A stretch of DNA of 64,000 nucleotides from Camelus dromedarius (GCF_036321535.1 NC_087458.1:9114001-9178000); one strand, 5' to 3'; counted from the first letter of the stretch, positions 1 to 13,156 are shown. The notes: generated from the sequence alone by a model not told the origin. Made by a program: numbers and translations.

Positions 1-631
1 TAAACTCTGTTTTTCTCATAGTCCCTTTATTCCAACCTGTAAGGTATTATTTTTCAGTTCCTGAAGTAGAATCTCAGGTAGTTTCTGAAATCTTTATGTC
101 AAGTTTACTGTGATAACAAAAGCTCTAAATTTTATTTAATGCTAAATATTTCCCCTTTGTCTTGCATTGGAATTATTTAATCGGTGAAGTCTACATCGGG
201 CCAATGGAAGTTGACCTGTATATCAGCTCTGTCAGCTACCATTGCTCTCTCTGCTAACTTTTGTGACTGGTGCTCAAGGACTACACTGGGGAGAGAGAAG
301 GAAGAAGTGGGGGAAGTTCTTACTTGATGCTACTGTCACGCTCTGGCTGCTTCCAGGGCTTTGCAGATGTGTACTGAGTCTTTCTCATGTGCTGAACTTT
401 CCTGAGTTTCTGGAAGAATTCCCTTGGAGTTTTTCCTTGGAGTTTTTATAAATTCTTTTTTTGGTGACAGGGTTGAAGCTGCATCTGGCTGACAGCTTGT
501 GAATCTGCCTCTTAATTCTGAAAGTCCACCAATTTTCTGAGTCACATCTTTCGGAGGTCTTATTGGGCAAATCCACTTTAAATAAACTGGCCCATATCTG
601 AGTCAAAAGAAATTTTTGTGCATCCTTGCTA

Positions 632-757
632 CTTCCATAGTCTTTTTTTTTTTTTTTTTACATCTGAAAAACTATCAATTCTTTTTTTTATATATATGTA
701 TATAGTCAGTTTACAATGTTGTGTCAATTTCTGCTGTACAGCTTCCATAATCTTTTT
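632..757 (-). mobile_element. Tiny 5'-truncated young L1 insertion with target-site duplications and a double poly(A)
   Basis: Minus strand reads L1 terminus ctgtacagcagaaattgacacaacattgtaaactgactata; TSD cttccata(g/a)tcttttt at 632-647 and 742-757. Confidence 0.8.
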
Positions 758-1379
758 GTCATTTTTATATCAGCTAAAATTCAGTATCCATCTATGAGAA
801 AAGTACCTCTTTGGGAGTTGGGGATCTAGTACTATACACCAGAAGACCCAGGAGGAGGACTTCCCATCTGTGCATTGGCTAATAAGTGGATAGACGTGGT
901 TATGGGCTATGAAAATGACAGGAGTCTGTGAACTGGCTTCAACCCCCTTGGTTGCAGTTGGGGAGCACCTACGAAGTACCGGCTTGGGCAGAGACCCAAG
1001 GATTAAAAAGCCTTTGCAGAAGTGCCAGTTTGCTGAGGATAGATCTCAGCATTCTATTGGAGCAAAAAAGAGAAAAAAATACAAGTTTAGATGCATTCAA
1101 CAGCGTAAGAGAAAATTTGTCAGTGCTATTCCCTCCCCTAAGGTGGCACAGCTTGGATCTGAACTAGATGGTGACAACCTCCCCTGAAGGGAAAAGAGAG
1201 AGAAATGAGGGAGTGCTCAGGTTCCCCAGCTGTATGGGATGCTGCTGGAGAAACCTGTTTCTCTCTCAGAGCACCCAGGGTACTACCCAGGCCTTTCATG
1301 ACTGGGTAGGTCATGACTGGGTGGGGAGAGGAGATGGGGAAAAAGAGATAAGAATATTTAAAAGCACTTAAAGGATTTG

Positions 1380-3645
1380 GGTTCTGTTGACTGAGTTTAA
1401 GACTCTAGCAGCAAATCCACCCACAAGCTACTTGAAAACCCCACTTGAAGATTCCGCCAGCTGGCCCACAGGCACCCTCAATACCCCAAGGGCCAAGCCC
1501 ACACTCTCCCCAACTCTTCAGCCAGCATCTTGCGCACAGTCCTGAGGTGGCTTTGAGGGTAAGTGGTGGTGGACAGGGAGGGCAAGCAGAAAACAGGAAA
1601 GACTCTATGGGCAACGGAAAAAGCACAAAGCTGAGCTACAGCACCACCTTCAGGAGAACAACAGATGTGTCCTAGATCTGGTCTGACAAGCTGTAAGATC
1701 AAGAGAAGACATACAAACTTCAGAATTCTGCCACATTAAAAGAAATGAAGTACTGATACAAGCTACAATGTTGGATGAACCTTGAAAACATACTAATTGA
1801 AAGAAGCTGGTGATGAAGGACCACATTGTTTATGTTTCCATATATGTGCAATGTCCAGAAAAGGCAAATCTGTAGAGACAGAAAGTAGGTTAGTAATTGC
1901 CTAAGGATGAGTGGGGTGGGGAGGTTGGGGAGTGCTGGCTAAGGGTGTAGATTAACTTCTTAGACTAATAACATGTTAAAATCAGTTGTAGTGATGGGTG
2001 CATAACTATGTGAATATACTAAACTGGACTCTTTAAGTGGTTGACTTGTATGGTACATGAATTCTGTCTCAATAAAGCTGTTAAAAAATTCTGCTACAAG
2101 AAATAGAAAGGAGCATGGAGCAGGTGTATCCATGCAAGGTCAGAGAAAACCCAGGGTATAAGCAGGACCAACAAGTATCTTCCACCTGAAGACGGCCAGT
2201 AAGGAATGGGGGATGTGACAGCTACTTCAAATGCCAAAGCAGCAACGTAAAACTCCAAGGTATACAAAGAATCAGGGACACGTGACATGATCAAACAACC
2301 ACAATAATCCTTTAGCAACTGATCCCAAAGATACAGAGATACGTGATTTGCCCAATAAGTGATTCAAAATAACTTTTTTGAAGAAACTTAATGAGCTACA
2401 AGAAAACACAGAAAGACAACTTAACAAAATCAAGAGAACAATATAGAAACTAAATGAGAAATTTAACAAAGTGATAGAAGTCATTAAAGAAGAGTGCCAT
2501 ACAGAAATTCTGGTCTTTAGGGATCAAAGGAATGAAATTTAAAATGCAATAAAGAATGTCAACAGCAGAGTAGACCAAACAAAATAAAATCAGTAAGTTA
2601 GAGGATAGGAAATTTGAAATAACCCAATCTGAGGAGAAAAAAAGGAAAAGAGTGAAGAAAGTCTGTGTGATCTAATGGACACCTTTAAAAGAACAAATAT
2701 TGTAATCATTAGATCTTTAGAAAGAGAAGACAGGAGGAAGGGGTAAAAAGCTCATTTAAAGAGCTAAAAATTGAGAAATTCTCAAACCTTGGGAGAAACT
2801 TGAACATTCAAGTTTATGAAGCTAATATATCACCCCATTATTTCAATTCAAAATGATCTTCTCCAAGACACATTGCAATAAACTTTCAAAACTCAAAGAC
2901 AAAGAGTTCTAAAAGCAGCAAGAAAATAAAGATTTCATCCTACAAAGGAACCCCCATAGGCTATCATGAAATTTCTCAGCAGAAACTTTACAGGCCAGGA
3001 GAGAGTGGGATGATATATTTAATGTGCTGAAGTTTTTAAAAATTGCCAGCCATGAGTACTTTATCGGCCAAGTTATTTTTCAGAAATCAAAGGGAAATTA
3101 AAATTTTGCCAGATTAAAAAAACTCTGGGGGAGTTCATCCATCACCACTAGATCTGCCTTGCAAAAAAATGCTGAAAGGAGTTCTTCAGGCAGAAATGAA
3201 AGGATGGTAATTAGTAACATGAAAACACATGAAAGTAAACAACACTGGAAAAGGTAAATATACAGTCAGATTTAGAGAACTGGGATTCTGTAATATGATG
3301 AAGTAAATTCAAATGCAGTATAAAGGTTAAGGAGAAAAGTATTAGAATAAGTACAACTGCTACAATTTCTTAATGAATACGAGCTATACAAAGGGTTAAT
3401 TCTGACCTTAAAAACTTAAAAGAGAAAGAGTAAAAGGGTAGAGTTTTTATGCAATCAAAATACGTCACTATCAGTGTAAAACGAACTGTGAAATTTTGAG
3501 GTATCTTATGTAAGCCTCATGGTATCCACAAAGCAAACATCTATACTACTATATTCAAAAAGAGATACAGAAATAGAAGTCAGAGCATATCACTGTGGAA
3601 AATCACGAATCACAAAGGTAGGCTGAAAGGGAGAAAGAAGGAAAA
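1380..3645 (+). mobile_element. Old L1 (L1M-type) 5' UTR plus degenerate ORF1, interrupted by an L1 3' end fragment at about 1735-2087
   Basis: ORF1-like A-rich sequence (gaagaaacttaatgagctacaagaaaacacagaaagacaac; ggagttcatccatcaccactagatctgcc); 1735-2087 ends in aataaagctgttaaaaaa. Confidence 0.7.
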
Positions 3646-4172
3646 AAACTGCTATGTCCATATCCAAGCAAATTAAATACATATATTCATACAAAGACTT
3701 GCACATGATTTTTCATAGAAATATCATCCATAATATCCAAAAAGTGAGAACAACTCAAATGTGAATCAATGAATGGATAAACAAATTTGGTGTATCTATG
3801 CAAGGAAATATTATTCAGCCATAAAAAGGCACAAGGTCACGATACATAGTACAACACAGATGACCCTTATGCTAAGTAAAACGAACCATATACAAAAGAG
3901 AACACATTGTATGATTCCATTCATATGAAATGTTTAGAACAGGCAAATCCATAGAGACAGAAAGCGGAGTAGAGGTTGCTGGTGGAAGAGGAGATGACTG
4001 TAACGCATATGGGGTTTCTTTTCAGGCTAATGAAAATGTAATGCATGTGGGGTTTCTTTTTGGGCTAATTAAATAGTGGTGGTAGTCGATCAACTTTGTG
4101 AATATACTAAAAGCTATTGAATCAACATTTCAAAAGAGTAATTATTATAGCATGTGAATTATCTCTCAAAAA
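3645..4172 (+). mobile_element. L1 (L1MB/MC-like) 3' end fragment
   Basis: gaatggataaacaaatttggtgtatc...cagccataaaaagg...caaatccatagagacagaaag. Confidence 0.75.
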
Positions 4173-4269
4173 AGAATTAGATTCAATCATGAATATAGAC
4201 TTGAAAGAAGTTCATAATGTATTCTGGCAGAAAAAAACATTGCAGTATAATTTAAAGATGGATATCAGA

Positions 4270-4350
4270 TTATCTGTCTATCTGTCTATCTGTCTATCAT
4301 CTAGCATCTATCATCTATCTATCTATCATGCCTCTCTCCTTATCTATCTA
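4270..4350. repeat. (TCTA)n microsatellite, imperfect
   Basis: Runs of tctatctgtctatc and tcatctatct. Confidence 0.9.
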
Positions 4351-4664
4351 GGTAACGTGTGTTTGTGTGTGCATGTGTATATATAATCAGTCTAACAACA
4401 AATAGTGGAAATTCAACAATAATAACGTTGCAGAAAGGAGGACATTTCAGGATCTAATTTATATATTGGTACTTGTTACTATTCTGAGGATCTCATGTTA
4501 TTTAGATAGTTTTAAATTTACTTTTAAATAATTGAGTATATTTTAATTAAAAAAAAAAAAACAAGTAAAACCACTAAGAATCTTCCAATAGGAACATAAA
4601 GCAAAAGGTAATTTTTTTCACCACAATTAAAGAATAGAAATTTGTTTGAAAATAGCTGACAAGT

Positions 4665-4810
4665 CAAGGAGGAAGGCTGCAGAAGAAGCCATCCCTGCTG
4701 ACAGTCTTAACAGGGACTTCTAGCTTTCAGTCTGTGTGAGAATTAATTTCTGTTGTTTAGCTCACCCCGTCTGCAGTGCTTTGTCACGGCAGCCTCAGCA
4801 GACCGATGCA
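4665..4810 (+). mobile_element. MLT1 (MaLR) LTR 3' fragment
   Basis: agccatccctgctgacagtc...gacttctagc...gtgagaattaatttctgttgttt...tttgtcacggcagcc. Confidence 0.7.
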
Positions 4811-7800
4811 GAACGTGTGGTGCAAATACGTTCTGCGTATTTAGGAACTCTGAATAGAATGAGACAACTGGAGGGGCAGACGTGAGGAGAGAGGAATCTG
4901 AGGACAGCTCACGGAGGACCTTAAGGCCAGCCTGAAGTGCCTACCTTTGTTGGTTGTAAACTGTGCGTTCTGAAGTTTTGGGGAAGAGAGGGATTTGATA
5001 CCGTATTTTCTTGGGTTGGGACTCGTGAGCATCCTTAATTTAGCAGTGGAGAGACTAATAGGAACAGAGATTTCAGGAGGAGTCTGGTGACCCAGGAAGA
5101 TCAGTTACTACCAGATAATTACGACACTAGACGGTTTGTCTTTCTACCATACTTAACACTTCAAAACAGTCTCATCTTTATCTCATTTAAATGAAGACAT
5201 AGACCAACATAGCAGAAGGTATCAGTCTCCTTTCTTTACAGACATGTAGCCTGGGGCCCAGAGTAAGAAAGTAGTTCACTCTTAGTAATTTTCTAGGTCA
5301 CAGAGTAACTTCAGGACAGAAGAACGCGTCCTCTTTCCTTGCAGACTTTCCCTTTGGCTGTCCCCAGACTGTGGGAAGTGAGGGGGAGGCAGTGGTGCTG
5401 GTGGATTTATGAGGTCAAGCTTAGAACTGACCTCGTGTCACTGCAGGAGGAGGGGGCTGTGGTGTCCGTGGGTGTGTGACAAGGTGTGGAAAATAGTTTC
5501 CATCTTTGTTGGGGCGATGCTAGTGTGCCTTAGTCACAGCAGGAGGCAGCAGGGACAGTGGCACTGGACATGCCCGTGGAGTGAGAATTCAAACAAGCTC
5601 TGGGAAAGGAGTAAGGAGACTGCACTCTTTGCCATGTACCTGCGGTGCGACAATGATAATTCATGTAATCTCTGCCATATCCAGTGTTTACAACAGTAAT
5701 ACAGGGATAAAAATCCTTATTTAGCTTATCTTAAAAGTTTTAAAGAAACTGAATACACAAAGATACACACACATAAATACTTCTACATATGTATATAAAG
5801 GTGATTTGGGGAAATTCATGATTAGCATTATATTTAAAATTCAGGAATATTTATCACATTATCAAAAAATGAATATTTAAGTGGAATTGATTTGAATTTA
5901 AAGGTGAGATAAGGACAGTTGGTATCTTTACAAAACTGAGACATCTTGTCCTTGTATAAATTGTGTCTCTATATTTATTCAAGTTTTATTCCGTATGTTT
6001 CTTTATGGCTTCACTTTAATTGATTTTGACAAGAAATTGTTAAATATATTTCTAGATATTTTGTGAAGTAAATAATTTAAATTTCCCATTTTTGCAAACA
6101 CTTTCCATTAGTCCCTTCACATAGCCATGTTGAGCTTCCAAAGGAACTCACACACCCCAGACCTAACACTTCACTCTTGATACCCTCATTTGTAGGCTCT
6201 TCAGGGATTCATTCTTAAACTTTCAGAGTCCTGTAGCACAGACAAAGCATCTAGCACATCCCCCTACTCTCCTGGATCACTGCTCTGCAGAGTTCACGTC
6301 TACAAACTGCTTCTGAGCTGTTGGACCAGTTGAACCGCTTATGGTTACCAGTGACGTCTCTTTTGGTCTTTTGCCAAGCCCAGATAGATACAACATCCGC
6401 TCTGTAGTTGTGTTTTCAAGCCCCCTGGGAATGATTACTGCATAATGTTTGATACAGGTTCTTTATACCTCGCTAATAAAGAATTCATCAGGGGAAATGA
6501 GCAACTTCCTTGAGTGGGACATAAGAAGTGAAAAAGCAAAAGGTGAATTCAGTTTCAAAAAGATTTTCCATAGGGGAAAGTTCAAGATAAGATGAAGTGG
6601 TTGGAAAAATCATCTCATTAAGTACAGAAATTTTTGTGGGGGAAGAGGCATAGGAAGTTGCTTCATGAACATTGAGTGAGTTAGAATTAACACATGAAAG
6701 TTGAGTCAGTTAGTCCAGGAAGAACTAGGGATATTTTTATAGAAGACGGGGATTTTCAGAAGCCTGCTTTTGCCACGAGCTGATCAACCTCTTGTATTAG
6801 TTACATACTGATTGTATTTCTGGTCATTGGGCTCAATGACTTTTTGAGACAAGTACGCATGCCATGGTCACGTTTTAATTGCAAGGGCTATAGGAAGAGG
6901 ACGGCTTTACACATATGAAAATGTGTATGCTTTTCTGAGGATTTGTCTTCTCAAATGAAAGATGTCTGGAAGAAATGTCCAGAAGTAGGCTAGCTAAAGT
7001 AGAATTAAATCTTTTATTTTATAATGGCTGGTTTTCTGAAAATATGTGAAATTATTAATACCTCATTAAAATCATCAGAAATCTAATTTCGCATTAAACT
7101 AATTCACATTAGGGATTGTAAGTTTATTTCCTTTTCATGAGACAACTTAATAGGCTAGAAGTCTGGGCTGAGCAACAGGCCCAAGGAAATGAGGATTTGG
7201 TGGCCAAAGAAATTAAATTTGCTTTAGTCTTTGTGACCTTCAGGTCTGAGACTTGAGGCAAGTCTCAAGCTCCAAGGGATGGAAGAAATGCAGTTGGCTT
7301 TCTTAGCAGACAAGTTCAGCAGCCCACAGTAAAACTGGGCCTGTGAATAAAGCATTCCGGTCCCTTCCCTCTTAATTCAACCCCTGGACGAGGGGTTTAT
7401 GTCATTGACGAGGAGACTGGTGGGAGAAAAGGAAAAGACTAAGAAACAAAATGATTCAGTGGGAAGATCTTTACTGACAAGTGGATATTGAAAATAAATA
7501 TGAAGTGAAGATGCAATTCTCTCCATGGAGCGCCCCCGGTTGTTCTCAGTCCTGCAGGAAGGATAGATAAGTAAAATGTCTAGCTCACATTCTAAACTGA
7601 AATGCACGTGAAGGAAGACTCCTGTGCTTCATGGAGACAGAACCTGTTTGCTCTTCACATGGACTTTTCTATTTGGTGAATAATAAATGAAATGGGATTA
7701 AGCTCAGCCTGCCTTTCTTGCCTACTCTGTGTGGTTTTAGGTCTTCTTTTTCACCTGTGCCCCTGTGAATATCTTCATGGAGGTGGTGTTGACTAAATTT

Positions 7801-8387
7801 AGATTCTTATCAGTGCATAAAAATTTATTTAAAAAACCCCCAGCTCCCATTAATAAATTAGAAATACAGAAATAAATAATTTTCTGTATAACGTTCTTAC
7901 TTGAACATTAATTGGATATAACTTATGCACCAAAAATTGTAACTTTATATATGTTATCTCATTTAAAAATTGTGACCTGACTATATTGAAAGACCTGAGA
8001 TTCAAGAAACATTCAGAAAAGGAGAAAAACAGAGACCAGATGTTCCTGAGTCCCTAAACCAGACAGTTAGGGTTGTGCAATATTTTGCAAGGTTGATTTC
8101 CATTCTGGCTGTGATTGCATAATAGTTTTTGCCGAAGCTAGAATTCTGAGCTTATTTATGTTTTCTTACAACAGCCATCCATTATTTTTCTCTCAGTTGA
8201 AAAAACTTCAGTAGGCAATAATTTATGTGATCATGAAAATATGCTGTTTTTTAAAATTTATGTTTGGAAATGAAGGAGAAATGATCTCTGTTCTTGAACA
8301 CTATACTCAATTGCTTGATCATTTTTGCTCTGGGAATTTTTCCCCATGTACTTTGTGTTTTATTAAGTACAAAGAGTGGGATCTAGA

Positions 8388-9332
8388 TTAATGTTGTGGC
8401 AGAGAAATTGTTCTTCCCACAACTCTTTGAAGAGCTGATTTGAACTCTTTATTTCTCAAGCTGTAAACCACTGGATTGAACAATGGAGTTAGGATAGTAT
8501 AAGATACTGATATGAGAGCATCCTGGCTTGAGGAGTAGTTGGACTTAATCCTTAAGTAGATAAAGGAGGCACAGCCATAATGGACAATGACAACAATGAG
8601 GTGAGAAGCACAGGTAGAGAAAGCTTTGTACCTGCCTAATGTGGAAGGAAATTGAAGTATGGCAGAGATGATGTGAACATAGGATACCAAAATCAGTAAC
8701 AGGGGGATAACCAAGACCAATGCACAGAGCGTGATAATGACAATCTGACAAAAGTGGGTATGGTGAGATGCCACCTTGAGAACAGGAGAAATGTCACAGA
8801 AGAAGTGGTGTAGTTGGTTGGAGGAGTGGAAGGGCAGGTGAAACACCATGGATGTGATGATCTGTGCAACAGTAAAGCCACAGAAACAGGCAGCAGCCAC
8901 TAGTCCCACACACACCCCATGCCCCATGAGCACCGTGTAGCGCAGAGGGTTACAGATGGCCACGTAGCGATCATAACCCATGGCTGCCAGCAGGAAGGAG
9001 TGGGAGCAGCCTAGGAAGAGGAAGGTGAACATCTGGATGGCACAGCCCAGGAAGGAGATGGTCTTCTTCTGGGCCAGCAGGTCCACCAGCATCTTGGGTA
9101 CAATGACGAAGGTGTAGCAAGTCTCAGAGCAGGAGAGTACAGCAAGGAAGAAGTACATGGGGGTGTGCAGGGCTCTGTCCAGCACAATGGTGGAAATGAT
9201 GACGGCGTTGGTGCCCAGAGTGAACAGGTAGACGAGCAGGAAGACAACAAAGAGCAGCCGCTGCAGCCCGGCTAGAGAGGAGAAGCCGAGGAAGACAAAC
9301 TCTCTCACCAGCGTCTCATTGACCCACTCCAT
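8388..9332 (-). CDS. OR10K2: Olfactory receptor 10K2 orthologue, intact single coding exon, 314 aa (start taken as MEWVNET at 9332, not the upstream ORF start at 9395)
   Basis: OR motifs LHTPMYFFL, MGYDRYVAIC, HFFCD, KAFSTCASHL and PVVYSLRN. C-terminal half (AQIITS..., QIVI, ILQFPSTLGR, SSQDALISV) matches recalled human OR10K2. Pyrimidine tract plus AG acceptor at 9359-9358 just upstream. Confidence 0.9.
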   Translation of the reverse strand: MEWVNETLVREFVFLGFSSLAGLQRLLFVVFLLVYLFTLGTNAVIISTIVLDRALHTPMYFFLAVLSCSETCYTFVIVPKMLVDLLAQKKTISFLGCAIQMFTFLFLGCSHSFLLAAMGYDRYVAICNPLRYTVLMGHGVCVGLVAAACFCGFTVAQIITSMVFHLPFHSSNQLHHFFCDISPVLKVASHHTHFCQIVIITLCALVLVIPLLLILVSYVHIISAILQFPSTLGRYKAFSTCASHLIVVIVHYGCASFIYLRIKSNYSSSQDALISVSYTILTPLFNPVVYSLRNKEFKSALQRVVGRTISLPQH

Positions 9333-9829
9333 GGAAGGTACAGCTTCAGGAGACAGTCTGAGAGAGAGGAGAAGATGGTACTGAGGAAAATCCATTAAAA
9401 TTATAGAATCACAGGAAATTAATAACTACAAGACATGTGTTCTCAGATTTTGAGTTCTGCCTCATTCCTCCTCTTCCTGGTTTTGTAAGACATGAAGAAA
9501 TATCAAAAATTGTGCAAAGTGTGCGTCCAAGTTTGAGTCGCCACAGTATTTATAACACCATAGACAAAATGTTCTCGACACTTCTCAGATTCAACTCTCC
9601 CTTCATCTCACTTCCCAGGATGGGGCTGATGTTAAAATTTTCAGCCTCTCTAGGCTCTGCAATGCTAGTCCATTTGGTTTTACTGTCTTCACATCCTCCC
9701 ATGTTCCTACAGTTGCAAAATAAATTATCTGAATGCACTACATTTATATATATAACTCTCTAAATAACTTTATATATACTCTGCAATAGCTTTTCATTAT
9801 CATTCTCCTTATACCCACACCTTAGTTTA

Positions 9830-10380
9830 ATCTTTCCATAACCTACACCTACATTCTATCCAACTCTGCTTGCCTTACTTCCTGGTGTGGATCACCAGTT
9901 CCACCTTCTTAAACTCTCATTAAGGTGACTCTTTGCTTCTGTATCTGTATTCTGTTCCCAAATCTGGAAGAAGTTATCCAAGATGGAATACTTCTATACC
10001 TCCTCCAATGCCTATCTCAGAGTCTTTCCTCCAGCAGAGAGAACACAGTCTTTCTTCAGGACTCTTGCCCATTTTCATCAATTTTCTTAACTCCTACAGA
10101 AATCACATTATGGAGATCTTTCCCATCACCAGTCTCACATTTCTCCAGTCCATCCTACTCCTGATGCCAGCCAGACTAATCTTCTGAAATATAATTGTAT
10201 CCTATCACTCCCCTCCTCAAAAATTTTGCTCATAGCTATAGCATAAAGTTCAAAGTCTTTATGGTCTGTGAGCTCTTGTTTTGAGAATTAAACTGTGTCC
10301 ATGATCATCTGTAGACATTTATGGGATGCATCACGGTTGTGTAATATGTTGCATCCTTCCTTGCCTCTGTTCTTTGCTCA
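9830..10380 (+). mobile_element. L2 fragment
   Basis: ccagccagactaatcttctgaaa...tatcactcccctcctcaaaa...gcataaagttcaaagtc resembles the L2 3' region. Confidence 0.5.
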
Positions 10381-11194
10381 TGTTACTTTGTTACCCACTT
10401 TTTATTTACAAATATTTTACGTTACTCATACTATTATATTCAACGTTATTATCTTAACTACTGTTAATAACAAAAATCAGGATCATCATACTCTTCCTTA
10501 GATGAGAACCACAAAATCAAGACTATCAGTCACCAGCCAACAAGGATCAAACAGTTGTAAATGCAACCATGTGTCAGGCGCTAGGTATGTGTTAAAGATA
10601 CATGTAAAAGATTTGGTCCAAGGCCTCAAGCTGCTCACATTTCAAAGGTGAGGCATATTCAAAAGAAGACATTATTAAAAAATAATGTGGTTGAACTGAT
10701 AGATGTGCACTTGCAATTGTGAGAAAATTGAGGAAACAATTTTTTTTTGTACATCCTTGGAAAAATATTTTTGCATTTCTGGTTTTCTTGACATCTGTTA
10801 TAGAGATGTTGAACTAAAGCATTCTTGGAAAAATGTCATGAGACCGGCCACTATTTAGTTTCTACAAGTTTCATGCAGATGTGGAAAGACTCCAGGTAAC
10901 CACAGTTCCATCTCCTGGCTCCTGGGGAGGGCAGTCTTGTCCACGGTGTTTCCTGCTGCCACTCAAACCATGTAAAAGGGACAAATCTGCTCTTCCTTTA
11001 TCTTATTCCCCTGATTCTTTGCTCAGTGCCTAACACGAGGATTTTTATTGCCCAGAAGATACATTTATTACTAATATACTGTTATCTTTCTAATTCCAGG
11101 GTCCTTAATTCTCAGGACTAAGTAATACATTTCTACATTAGTAATCTTGACTTTTACCCTTACAAACACATGTAAAGGTGAGCAATGTAGGAAT

Positions 11195-11405
11195 AAGATG
11201 AATTTTGAACTTAGATAGATGTGATCTTTAATCCTGACTCTGATGTGTTCTTGTGGTTAGATCTTAAACTCTCTAAGCCCCATTTTCTTATTTGTATGGT
11301 GAAAAAAGTAATCGCAGACCCCTAGGGCTATAGTGAAAATTAATTGAAAATCATGTGTACGAGAGAGGCTAATTCAACACATAGTGAGTGCTCGATAAAT
11401 ACTTC
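11195..11405 (+). mobile_element. MIR SINE
   Basis: aatcctgactctg...ctctaagccccattttcttatttgt...cacatagtgagtgctcgataaata. Confidence 0.65.
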
Positions 11406-12234
11406 CCTTTAATTACTTCACTGTTGTTCTATGGGGACTGGGAGCAGAAATATTCTCATCAACAATACAATGAGGATTTAACTCATAGGAAGTTGCTGAA
11501 GCTGCCTTTTCTGCACTTTCCCGGGGTGCTGCTTGGCATTACGTGGAGTCCTGCTCTGCCCTGGAAGGGAGGCAAGGGTTACTGATCTTGAAGTTCCATG
11601 CAAGTTCTGTGGTATTTGGTTCTCTGTAGTCAGTCACCCAGGCAGGTTATCTGCACCTGGGAGAAAGCAAGGGAGTTTTCCTAAATTTTCTATTTTGAGG
11701 GAGAGGGTAGTATAGGATAAACTTAGAAGATAAAATGATAGTTAAATTTAGTCACATACAAAGAAAAACTTAGAGGTTTCTTATTATGGATGCTTTATAC
11801 TTACCAATAATGCATATTTTGTGTATGTTTTAATCTAGATATTTAGGTATCAAAGTCAACAATTTATTGAGTACTCAAAGAAACTGAACATCAGACAGTA
11901 CTTGGATCAGAAGCTCCAAGACCAGAAAGCAGCCGAGTAGATGTGTTAGCCACAGAACCGAGGTCTTCTGTTTTTCAGATGAATGCGATTCCCACAGTCT
12001 TGTGCCGCCTCCTGAAGAGATTTATGGTGTTGTTATAGCTGCTACCCCTGCGTTCTCCTCCAGAGTCTGTTCTCTATGCCCTTGTGCTAATGTTTCTGTC
12101 TCTGATTTTATGTTCCGAAAAGGCAGTTTCTGTGTCTTTATGTCTGCCAACTACAATTATTTTCAGAGTACTCACAATTCTCAGACTTGTATTAGATATT
12201 GTAATCTTTTTCTCGATGTCACTTTAAAAAGATT

Positions 12235-12453
12235 NNNNNNNNNNNNNNNNNNNNNNNNNNNNNNNNNNNNNNNNNNNNNNNNNNNNNNNNNNNNNNNNNN
12301 NNNNNNNNNNNNNNNNNNNNNNNNNNNNNNNNNNNNNNNNNNNNNNNNNNNNNNNNNNNNNNNNNNNNNNNNNNNNNNNNNNNNNNNNNNNNNNNNNNNN
12401 NNNNNNNNNNNNNNNNNNNNNNNNNNNNNNNNNNNNNNNNNNNNNNNNNNNNN
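12235..12453. other. Assembly gap (N run)
   Basis: N bases. Confidence 1.
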
Positions 12454-12900
12454 ATTTCATTTATGTGTGGCATCTAAAATAATCAGTTCAGAGGAGGAGA
12501 AAGTAGAATGGTGGCTGCCAGCGCCTGGGCCAAGGGAGAGAGGAAGTGGCTGTTCACTGGGTATAAGGTTTCAGTTACACAAGGCGAATACTTCGTAGAT
12601 GCCTGCCTACAACATTTTGCCTGTAGTTAACAATAGGTAATTGTGTACCTGAACATTCATTAAGAGGGCAGATCTCATAAAGAATAGATAAACAACAAGG
12701 TCCTACTGTATAGCACAGGGAACTACGTTCAATAGCTTATAGTAACCCATAATGAAAAAGAATATGATAAAGAATATATACACGTATAACTGCATCACCA
12801 TGCTTTATACCAGAAACTAATGCAACATTGTAAATCAACTGTACTTCAGTTAAAAAGAAGGTCATCTCATGTTAAATGTTCTTACTATAATGAAACACAA
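12454..12900 (+). mobile_element. Old L1MA/MB 3' end with a nested younger L1 3' end (12679-12854)
   Basis: The younger terminus (aacaacaaggtcctactgtatagcacagggaac...acattgtaaatcaactgtacttcag) splits the old terminus; degenerate TSD at 12662-12678 and 12855-12870. Confidence 0.7.
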
Positions 12901-13156
12901 GATTTGGTGATTAAAATATTGTTAAGTGCACTGTTGAATTAAATCAGAACCAAGACAGTGTCTACGTAAATTTAGGAAGAGCAATGAGTCAGTTCATCTA
13001 CAATATGTATAAAATTTATACGCATAGTTTCATAAAAATGCACTTTAAAGTTTAATTAGGCCTGATTAACAACATTTGGAGTCCACATTCTTGATTGTGG
13101 CTGTCTCTGTCTTTTACTGGCACTGCACCGGAACGGACCCATCACCCTTCTCTGTC

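Noticed and set aside
4808-4840. Short hairpins (gcagaacgt...acgttctgc; also aacccct...aggggtt near 7380)
   Set aside because: Stems of 7-9 bp are expected by chance in 64 kb.
7525-7545. CTCF-like GGGGGCGCT motif
   Set aside because: Key 5' core positions mismatch; a single weak hit.
9011-9250. Identical 79-aa alternative-frame ORFs in both OR10K genes, and other antisense ORFs over ORs
   Set aside because: By-products of the shared GC-rich coding tract; no independent coding evidence.
9333-9395. N-terminal extension of the OR10K2 ORF (MDFPQYHLLL...)
   Set aside because: It spans a pyrimidine tract and AG acceptor, so it is intronic; the real start aligns with the OR10K1 ATG.
12002-12598. 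198-aa ORF and other ORFs crossing N runs
   Set aside because: Artefacts of translating assembly gaps.
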